From contig JARDVH010000059.1 in the NCBI GenBank assembly GCA_030324005.1, positions 94,755,309-94,819,308 on the forward strand: a DNA stretch of 64,000 nucleotides, written 5' to 3'. Made by a program: the position numbers and the translations under genes. Shown piece by piece: positions 26,954 through 40,819 of the stretch. Position 1 is the stretch's first letter. Each line of letters opens with the position of its first letter. Under the pieces are notes generated by a model. That model was not told the DNA's origin. It saw only the letters and a list, made by a program, of their open reading frames with translations, and did no database searches. The DNA is from Negaprion brevirostris (taxonomy: Eukaryota).

Positions 26954-29664
26954 GTAAGGATAATTTGTTGAAAAATGTAGAAATAGTTGTTTTTCCTGAC
27001 TTGCTATTACTGTATTGATTGAATTTAGGATGCAAATGAATTTTGTTTTTTCTGGATCGATAAATAAGCTCCTATAATGGCCTTCCAAAAATAACTACCT
27101 ATAATAAATACTTGCCATGTGATAAGATTGTCATTCAGCAGTGTTCAGAGTGCTTCATAATGCATTCCTCACAGCAAGCTGGTTAAAATGGAAATGATGA
27201 ATCTTCTGAACAAACCATAAGCGAATGCTTATGCTGGTGACACCCACCCCTGTTTCACCACCACCTCTTTTAGTTTCTCCGCTGTTGCTAAAATATGAGA
27301 CTGCTCGTCGGACATCGAGTACTGGTTGAATAGGAGTGTCCTCCGATTAAATATTCGAAAGATTAAACTATTGTTTTTGGTCCCTGTTCCAGACTCCATT
27401 CCCATGGCAACAAATTGCTGTCCATGTTCTTGCTCATACCAAATCCCATTTGCCTTTTCCCCCTCTGTTCTCTACATTGACTCCTGGTCAAGCAAACTAC
27501 TCCATGGTCTCACTTCCATCTCCAGGTGCATAACCCTTCCAAGATAACTGCTTATTTACAATTGACCTCCTGAGCATTCCAATTTTAATAGTTCCATTAT
27601 GGGTGGCCATCCCTTCAGTTGCCTAGTTTTTGGAATACCCTCCCTACACTTATCCACACCACTTTCACAAAGGCATTGTTGGTCAACTGACCTGGTATCT
27701 CTGCAATTTCTCGTGTTTTATAATGCTCCTGTGGATCAGACACTTTATATCCTTAAATGGTGCTACATATCATTATTCAGGTTGCTAGAAAATAATTCAA
27801 ACTCTGTTGCTAAACAAGTTATTTCTTTTTGGCCAAGAGGTCATGGTAGACATTGTCACCATAATACTTTGCATGCAATTGGCCAGCCTGTGGCAGGTGT
27901 TGCATCATATTCTTGTTTGAAATTGAAAATAAGAGGTTCTAAAGATCAACTGATTCAGAAAGCACAAGAGCACAATGTGAAGAGGATGTATCATTAGACA
28001 AATCAGCTGTGTTTGAAACTAGGGCCAAATTAGAATTTCAGTCATTCAGATCTATTGTTTTGCAGTTAGAGGGACTGAGTTGCTATCTAGTGAATTCAAT
28101 ACTGTTAGACTTCCAGTCTTTGAAAGCTCTTAGTTTGAGGGCAGGAAAGACTTTGTAATTTAGCTTAGTGTGCCAAAGGCAAGAAGGCTGTTGGAGATCA
28201 AGAAATGTGTGCATCATGGCTGCAAGTTTCAGATGTGTACATAGACATAAATATTGGGTCAATTCGCATTCCATCTAGCATTTGGCTGAAAATGTGAAAA
28301 AGCACCCTGAACTTGTGTTATGTTGTATTTTTACAAAACAATTAAATATGTTACCAATTGTTAAAGATTTGCACTTGTATATGACAGACCTTGTGCTGGG
28401 TAATGTCTCGGAACACTTACAATACAGAAGGTAAGAATAACGAGGGCAATGGTTTTTGAGGCAAAGGGGAAGCTGTATTTGAGGCACTTTTAAACTGGGG
28501 GATAGAGTGATATACTTGGAAGAACTGGATGGAGAGCAGGTGCATGGTGACTGAACAAATTTGCAGCACAGATGTGGGGTCTGCTTTTAGACACATACAG
28601 GGTCAGTATGGAGCAATTTGAAAATCAGGATAAGAATTTTGGCATTAGTATGCTGGGCATTGTTAAACTTGAGGCTTGTGAAAGGTTGAGGTGAATGCAC
28701 ATTTAGAAGGTTAATAGCATAATCTAGCCTTGAGATGATAAATGTAGTGGGAATGAAATGAGAAAAATTATTTTAAAAATTCATAAGTATGTTTTTCAGA
28801 TTTTTTTAATAGCTAGGATTTGTTTGTCAAAATGAAAGCTATTAATGCTGGTGAAGGGAATGCTGTCAGAATTGTATAAAATGTAGAATAAAAGCTCTTT
28901 TGTATACTAAAAATGTCAAGTTCTCAACCTCTGGTCAGAAATGGCTGGGATGGTGGAACTGGGAGGGATTACTTTGGCTTGCCTGGAAGTAGAGAGTCCA
29001 CAAGAAACTTGTGATGATGAGAAGGGAACACACGTCAAGCCTAGAGAAGTATACAAAACCCAATTACTGAAAGCAATTTCTCGCATGTTGGATTTTTAAG
29101 AGAAATTTAGTGGACAAATTTAAAACTTGTAACTAAGTCAATGAAGTGATTTGCCATTTGTTATTGATAAAGTAATTTTTTTTTTTAAATGAACAGTAGG
29201 CCAGCACACAGTTGCAACACTTACTTGACTCCAGAAAGATCAATTTCTAAATTGAGTTTTTTAATCATTTTGTCTAAATTAATTCAACCTTAATTTTATT
29301 TTGCTTTTGCGAGAGTAGTACACCACACACCCAAAGATAAATCTATGAATTGCTGTAGGAAATATTGCCAGTGGATGGCAGGTTAAGTTGTACACGTCCA
29401 CATGAACCAATATCTAGAAAAACGTAATTTACTACAAGTGGATTGCTAACTTGTAATAGTGTCAACTTATAATAGGGTACATGTTGCAGGAAATTAATGA
29501 CACGTACAAGCCCCCTGCTTGGAGAGGATAGAAAATCCTTTTACAATATGAGTCTGTTTTCTTTTGCAGTTTGTTGCATATTTTAAGAACCCCGATATTG
29601 AAGGCTCTGTGAGGACCTTCACTTGGTGTTTGGTTTACGAGTGTTGGCTTTGTGGATCACAAAG

Positions 29665-29772
29665 ATGAAAGGTTTTGTTGAACTAGAAGAGAGCTACCCC
29701 TTTGACCTTCTGGAAGAGAAAACTACTCTTAACGATGTTATTGACAACCATATCCGTGAACATACGCTTGAG
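29665..29772 (+). CDS. AZIN1: AZIN1 exon 3 coding part (exon starts 29570): MKGFVELEESYPFDLLEEKTTLNDVIDNHIREHTLE
   Basis: Acceptor ttttgcAG (29568-29569); aagATGa start; resembles human MKGFIDD...NVIDNYVYEHTL; donor GAG|GTAAGC. Confidence 0.92.
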
Positions 29773-30879
29773 GTAAGCATGTTTTGTTGTACATACTTTA
29801 ATAACACTAAGGATTGAGAAGATTCATGAAGGATGATGCTGGACTGATCTATAGTAGTTACGTGCAGTGGCAAAACTACATTGCAATGCAAAATAACATT
29901 TGGACCCTGTCCCAATAACTCTAATTTTGACATTCAGTTGGAAATCGTGATTCCAGCAAAGGTATATATTAACCAGGATATCAATGTTAAAATTGCTGTC
30001 GACCAAACTGTACAAAGTCTACCAGAGTACCATGCTAGAAAAAATATGAAAAGGCAATTGATAATCCCACTTGCTTTTTAGCTAACTATTGCAAGGCCAC
30101 TCACGAACTAAAGTTGTGTATTTGCTATTACTTTTGCTATATGAATTTACATATCTATTTGTTACATGTTTACCTAATATACCTGAGTAGTTGCATCTTT
30201 TAGAACAACCTTAGTGTCAACTTAATATTGAAGGATTTGTATTTAATATTACCTTTATCATATTCCAGTATGTCAAAGTATTTCATTTTGAAATGCGTAG
30301 TTGTTTATTGACAACACCAGATTGCATTACAAACAATGAGATGAATGGCCAGTTAGTTTGTGTGTGGTAGTGTTGGTTCCTCCCCCAGAGAAGGGTTAGA
30401 ATGTGGAACATGCTGCCAAATTGATTAGCATCAATGCATTTAATGGAAATCTAGATGACTGTATGAAGGAGAAAAGAATAGAAGGACATGCTGATAAAGT
30501 TAATTAAGTAGGTTGAAAAGCATGAACACAGCATAGACCAGTTGAGCCAAATGACGTGTTTGTGTTGTATGTTCTCATACTATTGGGAAAAGAGTTGAGC
30601 CCAGAATCGTGTAACTCTTGGGATGGACATGGTGCCAATGAGTGGTTAACCTATAATTTATAAGAATAATCATTCTTTCTCAACCAAATGTTCATGAGTG
30701 CATTCAAAATCATTTCTGGAGTGATATATTTTAGAACGAGGAGATCAGGCATGGTCAATTTAATAATGAGTCAGATTTGGATAAATGTTCTATTACTGTT
30801 CAGTTATCTCCTAATTGTGATCATAATATCAAATTTAGTGCTAAAATTAAAAAGGAGAAATTTAACAGTTCATCAGATT

Positions 30880-33237
30880 AAGGAACAAGATGGGTTTGAG
30901 ACTGACAACAGCAAACTGCCCAAAATGATTGGTAAAACTAGAGTGGAAGATATTTGGGGACAAAATAGCTTAATGCTGTACCATATATAAGGACAAAGAG
31001 TTCTGTTTGCTGAATAAAATCACTGTTATTGATCAAAGGAGAGAAGCGATAATGTATAGAATGCTGAAATTGTGTGTAATTCAGGGAACTGGGGAAGATG
31101 GAACAAAAAGCAAAGGTAGACAAACAACATAAGAGCTGAAAAAGGGAATGCCAAAAGAAACTTGAGGGCTATCAAGATTAACACTATCTTAGTAAAGGAA
31201 TTATTCAAGACTGCATGGGGCCCTTTAAAAAGAAATGGGGGTAATATTGCAGGGAAACAAAGAGAACGGTAGACTTGTTGAATAATTAGTGTGTCGATCT
31301 TAATGGTGGAGGAAGAGAATAATATGACATTCCAGGCAGCTTCATAATGAATCAAGAGTCAGGACACACAAGTTAAACAAGAAAACAGTATAGTGAAAGT
31401 ATAATGGGCAGAATTTTCACATTCCACCTACCATGGAAATCATAGTGGGAGGGACAGGACCATGCAAAGGTCCTGCCCAATGACACTAGAAACTGTGGCA
31501 GTATAGTAGAAAAAAAATGGTGCTAAAACTAGCCGATCCCAGCTTCTAAAGGAAGTAAGTGGGAAAATTGCATCGGCTTGAGTCATCATCTTCTAAAGCA
31601 CAGTCCGTTCTGGTATTGTCCCATTAAAATAGAAATTGTAATGTAACTCCTTTTTCTAAGAAAAGTATGACAGAGGAACTGAGGAAGTATAGACCTGTCA
31701 GTTGTTGGACCTTATTAGAATCTACAATTGATTACGTGCTTGAGAGAGATTTGAGATGATTAGAGAGAACCAATGTGGATTTGCAAAAAGAATGCTGAAA
31801 ATACTCAGCAATTCTAGTAGCATCTGTAGGGAGTAAAAGTGTGTTTTGGACTTGTGACAGCAGGAAAGAGTTAGGAATGTAATAGGTTGTGAGTAAGTGA
31901 AAGAAGGGAAATGGGAGGATGAGCAAAGAGGAAGGAAGTCTGTGATAAGAGTGCCAAGCATGACAAAATATTTTGAGGCACAAGACCAGACGCTATTTAG
32001 CTGCTATCTACAAAAGGAGGACATGCTAGAAAGGGTCAAGCTAGAAAGGGTCAAACTAGAAAGAAAAAGGAAATGGAGGTAGAGGTAACAACCTAAAATA
32101 ATTGAACTCAATGTTGAGTCCAGAAGGCTGTTAACCCAGGTAAGTGGTACACTTGTAAAGAAGGGATTGTCTGAGTGTAGTTTGTGGACTTCCAAATACA
32201 TTCAATAAGGTTTCACATAAAACTCTGAGCTAAACTTAAAGCTCATGGAATTAAAGGCAAATTATTGGCTTGGTTAGGTGGTAGAAGACGGAGTAGAATA
32301 AAAAGGTTACATACTCAAATTGGAAAGAAGTGATTAGCGAGTGTCCCAAAAAGTCTCAACTATCCACTCATCATTAATGTCTTGGGTATCACAATAGAAA
32401 ACCATAAATCAAGTTTGGTGATGGTGTAATAGTAAAACGGAACATAAAATTACTGAGATGCTGATTAAGTGAGCACAAAAATATGGCTGATGCATTTCAA
32501 TGCAGGCAAGTGATAAGCTAGGCTCAGTGGAGGCCCAGAGAAATGTAGATCACTAATGTAATAGTCAGGTATAAAAAAAAACTCATAGGGCTAATGGAAT
32601 ANNNNNNNNNNNNNNNNNNNNNNNNNNNNNNNNNNNNNNNNNNNNNNNNNNNNNNNNNNNNNNNNNNNNNNNNNNNNNNNNNNNNNNNNNNNNNNNNNNN
32701 NAATATTCACTACTAACTAGACAGCAAGAGTATAAAAGAGAGGAACTTCTGTCACAACTAATCAAATCCCTGGTTAGCACACATCTAGAATACTAGGTAC
32801 AGTGTGTGCTACACATTAGAATGGGTACAATGTCCTTGGACAGAGTACAGTGCAAATTAACCAGGGCTCCAAGGGTCAAAATGTAAGGAGCATTTAGAAG
32901 TGTGGGTGACGCATTTCATTTCATTTCGTACTCCTATCTGAAACACTTATTGATGTTGACATATCCGTCTGGTTGTCCATTGAGTTCGTACCATCTTTAA
33001 AACTTGTATCAAACAAGAGAGTGCAGAGACATTTACCTTCTTGATGTTAGGGATGGGAGACTTCAATTATGAGGAGAAATTAGAGAAACTGGAATTATTT
33101 AGAGTAGAGCTGTTGAAAATTATAATGGGTTTTTAAAAGTAAATGAGAAGAAATTGTTTACACTGCTGGGTGTGCCAATAACTAGAGAACAAAAGACCAA
33201 AGGGGAAATGAGAATTTTTGTGATCTTGGATGTAGTG
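30880..33237 (+). mobile_element. Old fragmented CR1-like LINE with internal insertions
   Basis: tatagacctgtcag, gctcatggaattaaaggcaaattattggcttgg and LEKL-like 3' remnants. Confidence 0.55.
31406..31478. mobile_element. Tiny MITE (Harbinger-like)
   Basis: GGGCAG...CTGCCC termini with a 3-bp AAT duplication on both sides. Confidence 0.45.
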
Positions 33238-34699
33238 NNNNNNNNNNNNNNNNNNNNNNNNNNNNNNNNNNNNNNNNNNNNNNNNNNNNNNNNNNNNNNN
33301 NNNNNNNNNNNNNNNNNNNNNNNNNNNNNNNNNNNNNNNNNNNNNNNNNNNNNNNNNNNNNNNNNNNNNNNNNNNNNNNNNNNNNNNNNNNNNNNNNNNN
33401 NNNNNNNNNNNNNNNNNNNNNNNNNNNNNNNNNNNNNNNNNNNNNNNNNNNNNNNNNNNNNNNNNNNNNNNNNNNNNNNNNNNNNNNNNNNNNNNNNNNN
33501 NNNNNNNNNNNNNNNNNNNNNNNNNNNNNNNNNNNNNNNNNNNNNNNNNNNNNNNNNNNNNNNNNNNNNNNNNNNNNNNNNNNNNNNNNNNNNNNNNNNN
33601 NNNNNNNNNNNNNNNNNNNNNNNNNNNNNNNNNNNNNNNNNNNNNNNNNNNNNNNNNNNNNNNNNNNNNNNNNNNNNNNNNNNNNNNNNNNNNNNNNNNN
33701 NNNNNNNNNNNNNNNNNNNNNNNNNNNNNNNNNNNNNNNNNNNNNNNNNNNNNNNNNNNNNNNNNNNNNNNNNNNNNNNNNNNNNNNNNNNNNNNNNNNN
33801 NNNNNNNNNNNNNNNNNNNNNNNNNNNNNNCTGACCACTCAGTACTATTGGTACACTGGTACAAGTACCTACTAAAGATTAGGTCTTGTCAAGACGATGT
33901 GGATAATTACTACATTCTGTGTTGCAAACAGCAACCATGAATTATTTGTGCATTGAACTGAGGTCCTGTTAGCTACGAAGCATAATCTCAGTTTTCATTC
34001 TGCTGCCCTAAAGTGGGAATTTGGCAAAGATTGAGGAGAACTGTTTTAAGGAAAACTTACTATTTTCAGATGAGCAAAATGGAAAGGCAGGAAGCACGTG
34101 CACATTAGTGTGGAAAGCTATGAGATTAAACATTTTTGAAAGGAAAAACAAGGAATGATAACGATATTCATTGGATATAAATCATAGGCTGCGAATGAAT
34201 ATGGGCACCTAAATATTTAAATGTGTGTGTCTCAGAAAGTGAGAATGCAGTTACAGGAATCAATAAACAAAAAGGCAAGCAGCATTAGTTATCAAGTACC
34301 AAAACACACAAATAAACAATTTGTACAAAACATTGGTCAGCCCACAGTTATTTTACTGTGTGAAATTTTGCATATCCCATAATACTGTAATATTGAATCT
34401 GAAAGAGTGCTTACTGCATAGATTTAAAGGGTGTTGCTGCTGAACAGAAACTAGTTATAATGAGACCTGTAATACTTCGGATGATTTTCACAGGAACCAA
34501 GAAGGCTGAGGAGGTTTGGATGATGGCTTTCAAAATTCTAAGTTTTGGTAGAATGACTTGGTTTAGGAGCCAATAATAAGTGAGAAGAGAGGTTGGAGAA
34601 AATGTTTTTTTTAATTCAATGTGTTGGCACATGGGATGTTTTGCTACAGTGTGTGAGTAGAGCAGAGAGCACGTTTTGAGGGGAAAAAAAATTTGAACA

Positions 34700-36350
34700 C
34701 AAGGCTACAGAGACAGGTAGGATTCAGTTTCATCCTCCTACATCCTTCCCTCAGTACAGTGCCAAACTCCCCTTCCGTTGCCATCACCTCGTCAAGCTGG
34801 ACTCCTTCCTCTGGCCTGTCCGCCCTTGATCTTTTCAACGAGAATTGTCAGTATGACATCAACTGTCTCAATTTTTCTGTTCTCTTAGGTCCATCCCTGT
34901 CGATGTGATCAAACCTGCTGACAAGGGTGGTGCTGATTTTATCTGGCATACTGACCTTTACCTCTGAGGCTGAACGCCAACTCTCTCACACTTCCTCCAA
35001 CCTCCCCCTAGGCTATGACTCCACCACCAAAGCTGTTGTTTCCAGCACTGTCACTGACATCGCATCTGAAGATCTCCCCTTCACAGCTTCCAGCCTCGTA
35101 GTCCCCCAACCCCAAACAGCACACTTCTGCACCCTTCCAAAAATCTACAAACAGGACTGGGAAAGCCATTGTATCAGCCTGCTCCTGTTCCAAAGAAATC
35201 ATTTCTTCCTATCTTGACTCCATCTTCTCTCTTCTTGTCCAGCCTTTTCCCACCTATATTTTGTGATTCCTCTGATGCCCTATATCACATCAACAGTTTC
35301 CAGTTCCCTGGTCCTAAATACCTCTTGACTATGGATGTCCAATCCCTCTGCACTTACGTCCCCCATCTGAAGGTCTGAGGGCTGTCTGCTCTTCTTTGAG
35401 TGGAGGCCCGAACAATCCCCCTTCACCACCTTTCCTCTGCCTGGCTGAACTTGTTCTGTCAACAATTGCTCCTTTAGCTTACTGCAAATAAATGATCTGG
35501 TTGTGTATCTATCCCAATTATACCTGTGTTTTTATGGGTTATGTGACCATTTCTTGTTTCAGTTTACTTGAGCCCTCTTGCACAACTTTTTTTTCTGTTA
35601 CATTGAAGATGCTATTGATGCTAGTTCATGCTCTCAACTGAACCCAGAAAAATTATCAATTTTTTACTTCCAATTTCTTCCCCCTTTCACCTTTACATGG
35701 TTCGTTTCTGGCACATCACGTCTCTTTCTTGAACTCTTTCTTCTTAGTTTCCCTCTCTTGACCATTTTTTCTTTGATGAATTTGATTTACTATGCTCACT
35801 GTTCCCAGTGCATCTCTACATTGGCGAGACCAAACACATACAGGGCAACCGCTTTGTGGTCAGTCCACAGTATGACCCCAAACTTCCTGTCATTTGCCAA
35901 TTCAAGCCAACCTTTTGTTCTCATGCCTATGTGTCTGCCCTTAACTTGCTGCACTACTCCAGTGAAGCCCAGCGCATACTGGAGGAGCAGCACCTCCATC
36001 TTCTGATTAGGCATGTTACAGTCCTCCGGGCTCAAGTTAGTTCAGCAACATTAGATTGTGACCTTTCTCCTCCTACAAAGCCTTTTTTGTATCCAAAGTA
36101 TTTTCATCCCAGAGCAAGCAAATCACCCCCCAGTGTCTGCACTGAGCCATCTGTCACTTCATAGAATCATCATTGCATCAATACAGTGCAGGAGGAGGCC
36201 ATTTGGCCCATCGAATCTGCACTGACTTTCCAGTAGAGGATTTTACCCAGGCCCCCTGCCTGAAGCGTCATGTGGTCTCGAAATATTAACTTTTTCTCCA
36301 CTGATGCCAGACCTGTTGGGAGATTTTCCAGCATTTTCTCTTTTTGTTTG
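34700..36350 (+). mobile_element. Penelope-like element (degenerate RT and GIY-YIG)
   Basis: KPADKG-like, TAHFCTLPKIYK, LLTMDVQSLCT and LYIGETK remnants. Confidence 0.75.
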
Positions 36351-36874
36351 GGATTAGATTTGGGTTGTTTAATGGGCTAACACGAACATGGTGAACTGAA
36401 TGACTGCCTTATGGTTCTTTGAATGGACATTTGGGGTGGGCCAGTTGTGGGAGGAGAGGGAAGAGAGAAGGATCTGAATTCAGGTTCATAGAACTCCTTG
36501 GTCAGATTTCATTGTTGCACACATTTTAGTGTGCAGCTGACATTGCTTTAAATTCCAAGAAATGTTCATAGTCCTTTGCTTTCCCTGTGCAAAAAAGTCA
36601 AATGGTGGATTTATACTGCCAGTATGTTTACTGAAACAGATATGAAATGTTGACTTCCATTGCTGATGCTTTAGAAACTATACCATTCCTGTTGTCATGA
36701 TGCTAATTTATAGATGCACTTTTTTCAGAGCAGCACTGTGATGATTAGAATGTTACATACTGTCAGGAGGAGATGAGACATTTCTAAATTTACTGTCTGA
36801 TTTGAGTGTTTGATATTTGAATAGCAAATAACACTTGCCCTTCATTCCAAACAACGTACTTATATGAGTAAGTA

Positions 36875-36992
36875 CAAGTTGGACCTCCAGAATCTGGTGG
36901 TCCGCAGTGACGAACCAGTCTAGTTCATGTGCTCGGAGTCAGCCCCATCCAACCCTGATATTTAGTTGGCTGGATTTTGGACATCCAACTTG
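36875..36992. mobile_element. Tc1/pogo(Tigger)-like MITE
   Basis: About 23 bp imperfect TIRs (CAAGTTGGA...TCCAACTTG) flanked by TA on both sides. Confidence 0.7.
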
Positions 36993-38216
36993 TACCATTT
37001 ATTAAAGTAAACATTTGAAATTCTTCACCCATTTAAAGTTGCTTCAATATAGGATATTTAAATGTAACAGTTACAAAAAATCTGTGCACAAAAGCATCCT
37101 ATATGTAGACAATGTAATGGCATACTAAATTCATATATCAGCTACTGCATTTGTGAGAATCTTTTCATGGAAAAAGTATGTTTCTGCAGCCAGCTTTTAG
37201 ACATTTCCAATCAAACTATCATTCAGCCATTTAACGGTAGTGTTTTATTATCTGACAAACAATTGGAAATCTTTAAAGGAACATTTGTATTGCTTATCAT
37301 TTTAACCATTAAAATATATTAGTTTGTGTTGTAATTGTTAAATTCACAAGTGAATTTGGACTTGATTTGATTCTTGAATCAACAAGCTGTGTGCAATAAT
37401 GCATTTTATTCATGCATATTAGTTGAGAAGAATAGCATTGTTCCAGTTTTCTGTTCCATTAGATTGGTTATGTCCAGGTTGGGAGTTCTTAGATAAGCTT
37501 CCCATTTCTATTAATTTTCCATTCCTCCCTTTCCATTGAGGGTAGAATAAATAATAGGAGACTTTGTTCTTTGTACATTATTAATGGACAGAAAATTGGG
37601 AGTGCCATAAATCTGACACACTGACCACCTGATTAGATATCTGACTTGCACTACTGTCGAGTGACATTCTATACTAGGTGCAGTGCCTGCTTTTTCAGAC
37701 TTTGGACTGGAGCGCCTTGAATGTGTGAACTTCCTCCTCTGCTTCTCTGTGAATGCACGTGTGCTATCTAGCTACCTGGAGGATCACAGTTCAGAAACAT
37801 CCCATCCTTTTCTAGCTGGCATTCATTGAATTGTAGAATGGCTGCAGCGCAGAAGGCCATTCAGCCCACAGATTCCATGCCACCTCCTCAAGAACAGTCC
37901 AGCTTGTTCCATTCCCAAACTTTCTCTATATCAGTGCAAATTATTTTCCTTTGTGCGCTTGTTTCCAAAAGGTTGTAGGTAATCGTTATTTGGTCAGCGG
38001 AATCTAATTAATACAGCAGATTGGGAATCAAACCTATTTACAATCAAGCTGCACATTATGTCAATTAGTTGAGCCATCAGACTGTTTTATTTCAGCAGTC
38101 ACTGTTCTGAACAGTCACCGTGAAGAGTGACATTTCACATTAATAAAGCCAGATTAGTGTGCAGTACTTTCTCATTTTAATTAGAAACTAATATTTCTCT
38201 AATTTCTTAATTATAG

Positions 38217-38393
38217 CAAACTGAAAGGAATGCCTTCTTTGTTGCTGATCTTGGGAATGTTGTAAAGAAGAACATTCGCTGGAAGAATGTGATGACACAC
38301 GTGAAACCATTTTACACTGTTAAGTGTAACAGCAGTCAATCAGTAATTGAAGTTCTGGCAGCTCTTGGAACTGGTTTCGCTTGTGCAAACAAT
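38217..38393 (+). CDS. AZIN1: AZIN1 exon 4: [13 protein letters not shown]...[10 protein letters not shown]...[13 protein letters not shown]
   Basis: ODC-family PFY.VKCN motif with AZIN1-type T and GFAC (ODC GFDC); acceptor ttatAG; weak donor AAT|GTGATC. Confidence 0.92.
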
Positions 38394-38550
38394 GTGATCA
38401 TTGCTATGTTCCCTTGCATTAATTTTGTTAAAATTTAAATTACATGGATCTTTAAATTGTTAACGAAAATCACGTAGTGAATTGGCAGATATAAAATCAC
38501 AGCGCAATATAAGCTCACGTGTCTAATAACTTGTATATATCCTCACACAG

Positions 38551-38723
38551 AACGAAATAACTCTTGTGCAAAGCTTGGGTGTAACATCTGAAAATATCAT
38601 CTACACAAACCCATGCAAGCAAGTATCCCAGATTAAGTATGCAGCCAAAAAGGGAATAAATGTCATGAGTTGTGATAACAGTGCTGAACTTCTGAAAATT
38701 GCACGTAACCATCGTAGTGCCAA
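38551..38723 (+). CDS. AZIN1: AZIN1 exon 5: [11 protein letters not shown]...[17 protein letters not shown]...ARNHRSAK
   Basis: [12 protein letters not shown] motif; acceptor cacAG, donor AA|GTAAGT (phase 2). Confidence 0.95.
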
Positions 38724-40819
38724 GTAAGTGTCAAATGAACCAACATTTGTAGTATAGATTGTTTCACATTTAACTGGAATTTTTTTCCTCCATTGTGGTG
38801 CTGATTGGACAGTACATTTCATTGATCAAGTTATCTATTAGATTTTAACCAAAAGTTGGGTCATAACTTGTCCTTTCAAACCATGAGCTTCCTTTGTATA
38901 TGGGCATAAATGGATTTATTTGTTATGGGGAAGTTTCAGTCAAAGATATCTCCTTGCTCTCCTCTGGCTTTTCACCTTAAATCAAAATTCTAATGTTTTT
39001 TTAAACTGGACCCTCTAAACATTTGCCTTGCATGTATTGCATGGTTTGTTTGTAGATGTCTTTCATTTCTTTGTCAGCATTTTATACAAGCTGACAATCA
39101 AGTTCCTTCGCAATAAAATAATTGCCCAGAACCATGTTCCTGTTTCTAAAGTCAAAGTTTATGAATTAATTTGCTGCGTGTAGAACCAATAATTTCGCCT
39201 TTTACACAGCATAATAAATGATCTTATTTGTGCTTTAAATTTTTATAATCCAAACCTTTGATATTCTGGTCTGATATTTACCAGCAAAGAACATGACTAA
39301 GTTGTTAGAAATTGCTATAATGCTTAGAGTAGCTTCAGCAGTAATTTTTTTCTAGCTTGCATAAAAACAAATATTATCTGGTAAATTAACTAGCCATTTG
39401 ATGTTCGTGAAAGAAAGCCAGAGGAGTGAAACATGTATCACACTAAGACAATGTTTTTGAATGGAAGTGTAAGTTTCCCCATAGAGATTCTATTCTGGTC
39501 TATACCAGGATGTCAGCTTGCTTTCATGTTCTCAGTATTTACAGGCAGTAAAAATAATTATGATGTCTAGAATCTGAATCTACATAGAACCTGAACCACA
39601 TTGTGCAATACAAAAAAAACACTGAAGGTGCTGAAATAAGGACATAAAATGCTGGAAATGCTCAGCATGTTCAGCTGCATCTGTCGGTCGCGAAACTGTT
39701 AACCTTTTAGGTCAATGGCCCTTTTTTTGGTGTTACAAGAATTTGGAGATGTAAATGAGTTTTAAGCCATTATGGAGGCACGGAAAGTGGGGTCAGATAG
39801 CAAGCCTGCTCCACCATTCAGTATCTAATGAGCCCTCTCTGTACCACTTCAAATGCAACTATGTCCTTCCTTAACTATGAAAGTCAAAGCCACACTGTTT
39901 TCCAGGTGTCTCTCCAGACTTTTTTATTTTTGTACCCCAATCCCTTTGCAATAAAGGCCAACATGCTATTTGCCTTCTCTCCTNNNNNNNNNNNNNNNNN
40001 NNNNNNNNNNNNNNNNNNNNNNNNNNNNNNNNNNNNNNNNNNNNNNNNNNNNNNNNNNNNNNNNNNNNNNNNNNNNNNNNNNNACCAGTGCCACAGTAGA
40101 GAAGTTAATCAGTGATTGACCATGAAGCCTTTGGAATATGAATAGATGTTGTGCAATACGCAGTGGAATCATTGGCTCTGAATCTTCCTGGAAAGTTCAG
40201 TGCCAAGGCAGATGTCAAAATCAGCATTGTTTGTTGCATGAATGAATTTTCCAAACAATTTGTATGATGTAAAATTCACTGCAGTACAAGGCACGTTGTC
40301 AATTTTTGCCTTTGTTCTTAAGGATGGAATGGAGACTGCTTTTCTTTTCCCCTATATGGTTATATTCCTTTTCAGAAAAAAAAGGACGATATAATGATTT
40401 TGTCTGCAATCTCAATAACTCTGCAGCTGATAATATAGCCTCTTGTACACGAATCTTAAGTCAGGCTTTGGAATGCCATAAACACTTTTTCTCAGCTAAC
40501 GCTTGGCAATGGCACATGGGTGTTAAGCATTTTAGAACTGAATTAAGAGATAACGGATAATGTTGCATTATCTAGACAGTCCATATCAAACAGGGAAGAC
40601 TCCCTCCTCAGGCCATGAAACTGATTTAGCTTAGACTAAGTTTACCTGTAACCAAATCTTCAAAAATGCTTGTCTGTATATCTGTGAGAGTGAAAGGTCT
40701 CCTCAAATTTTGGATTACTTCAAATTTAATTTAAATTTAATTTGAATTTCTGAAATTCCTCTTGATTTCTAATGATAGGCAGGTAGTGTAGGAAGCTTTT
40801 AAGGCTATCTTGTTTTCTA

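Noticed and set aside
26952-26957. ATG-TAA spanning the exon 2 donor
   Set aside because: Follows automatically from AT|GTAA donor sequence and is destroyed by splicing.
29623-29664. TTG-initiated N-terminal extension of AZIN1
   Set aside because: Only 14 codons, poor context, in-frame TGA at 29599 and no supporting evidence.
33133-33864. Long ORFs here and at 7178-7731 and 50815-51357
   Set aside because: Artefacts of N-runs.
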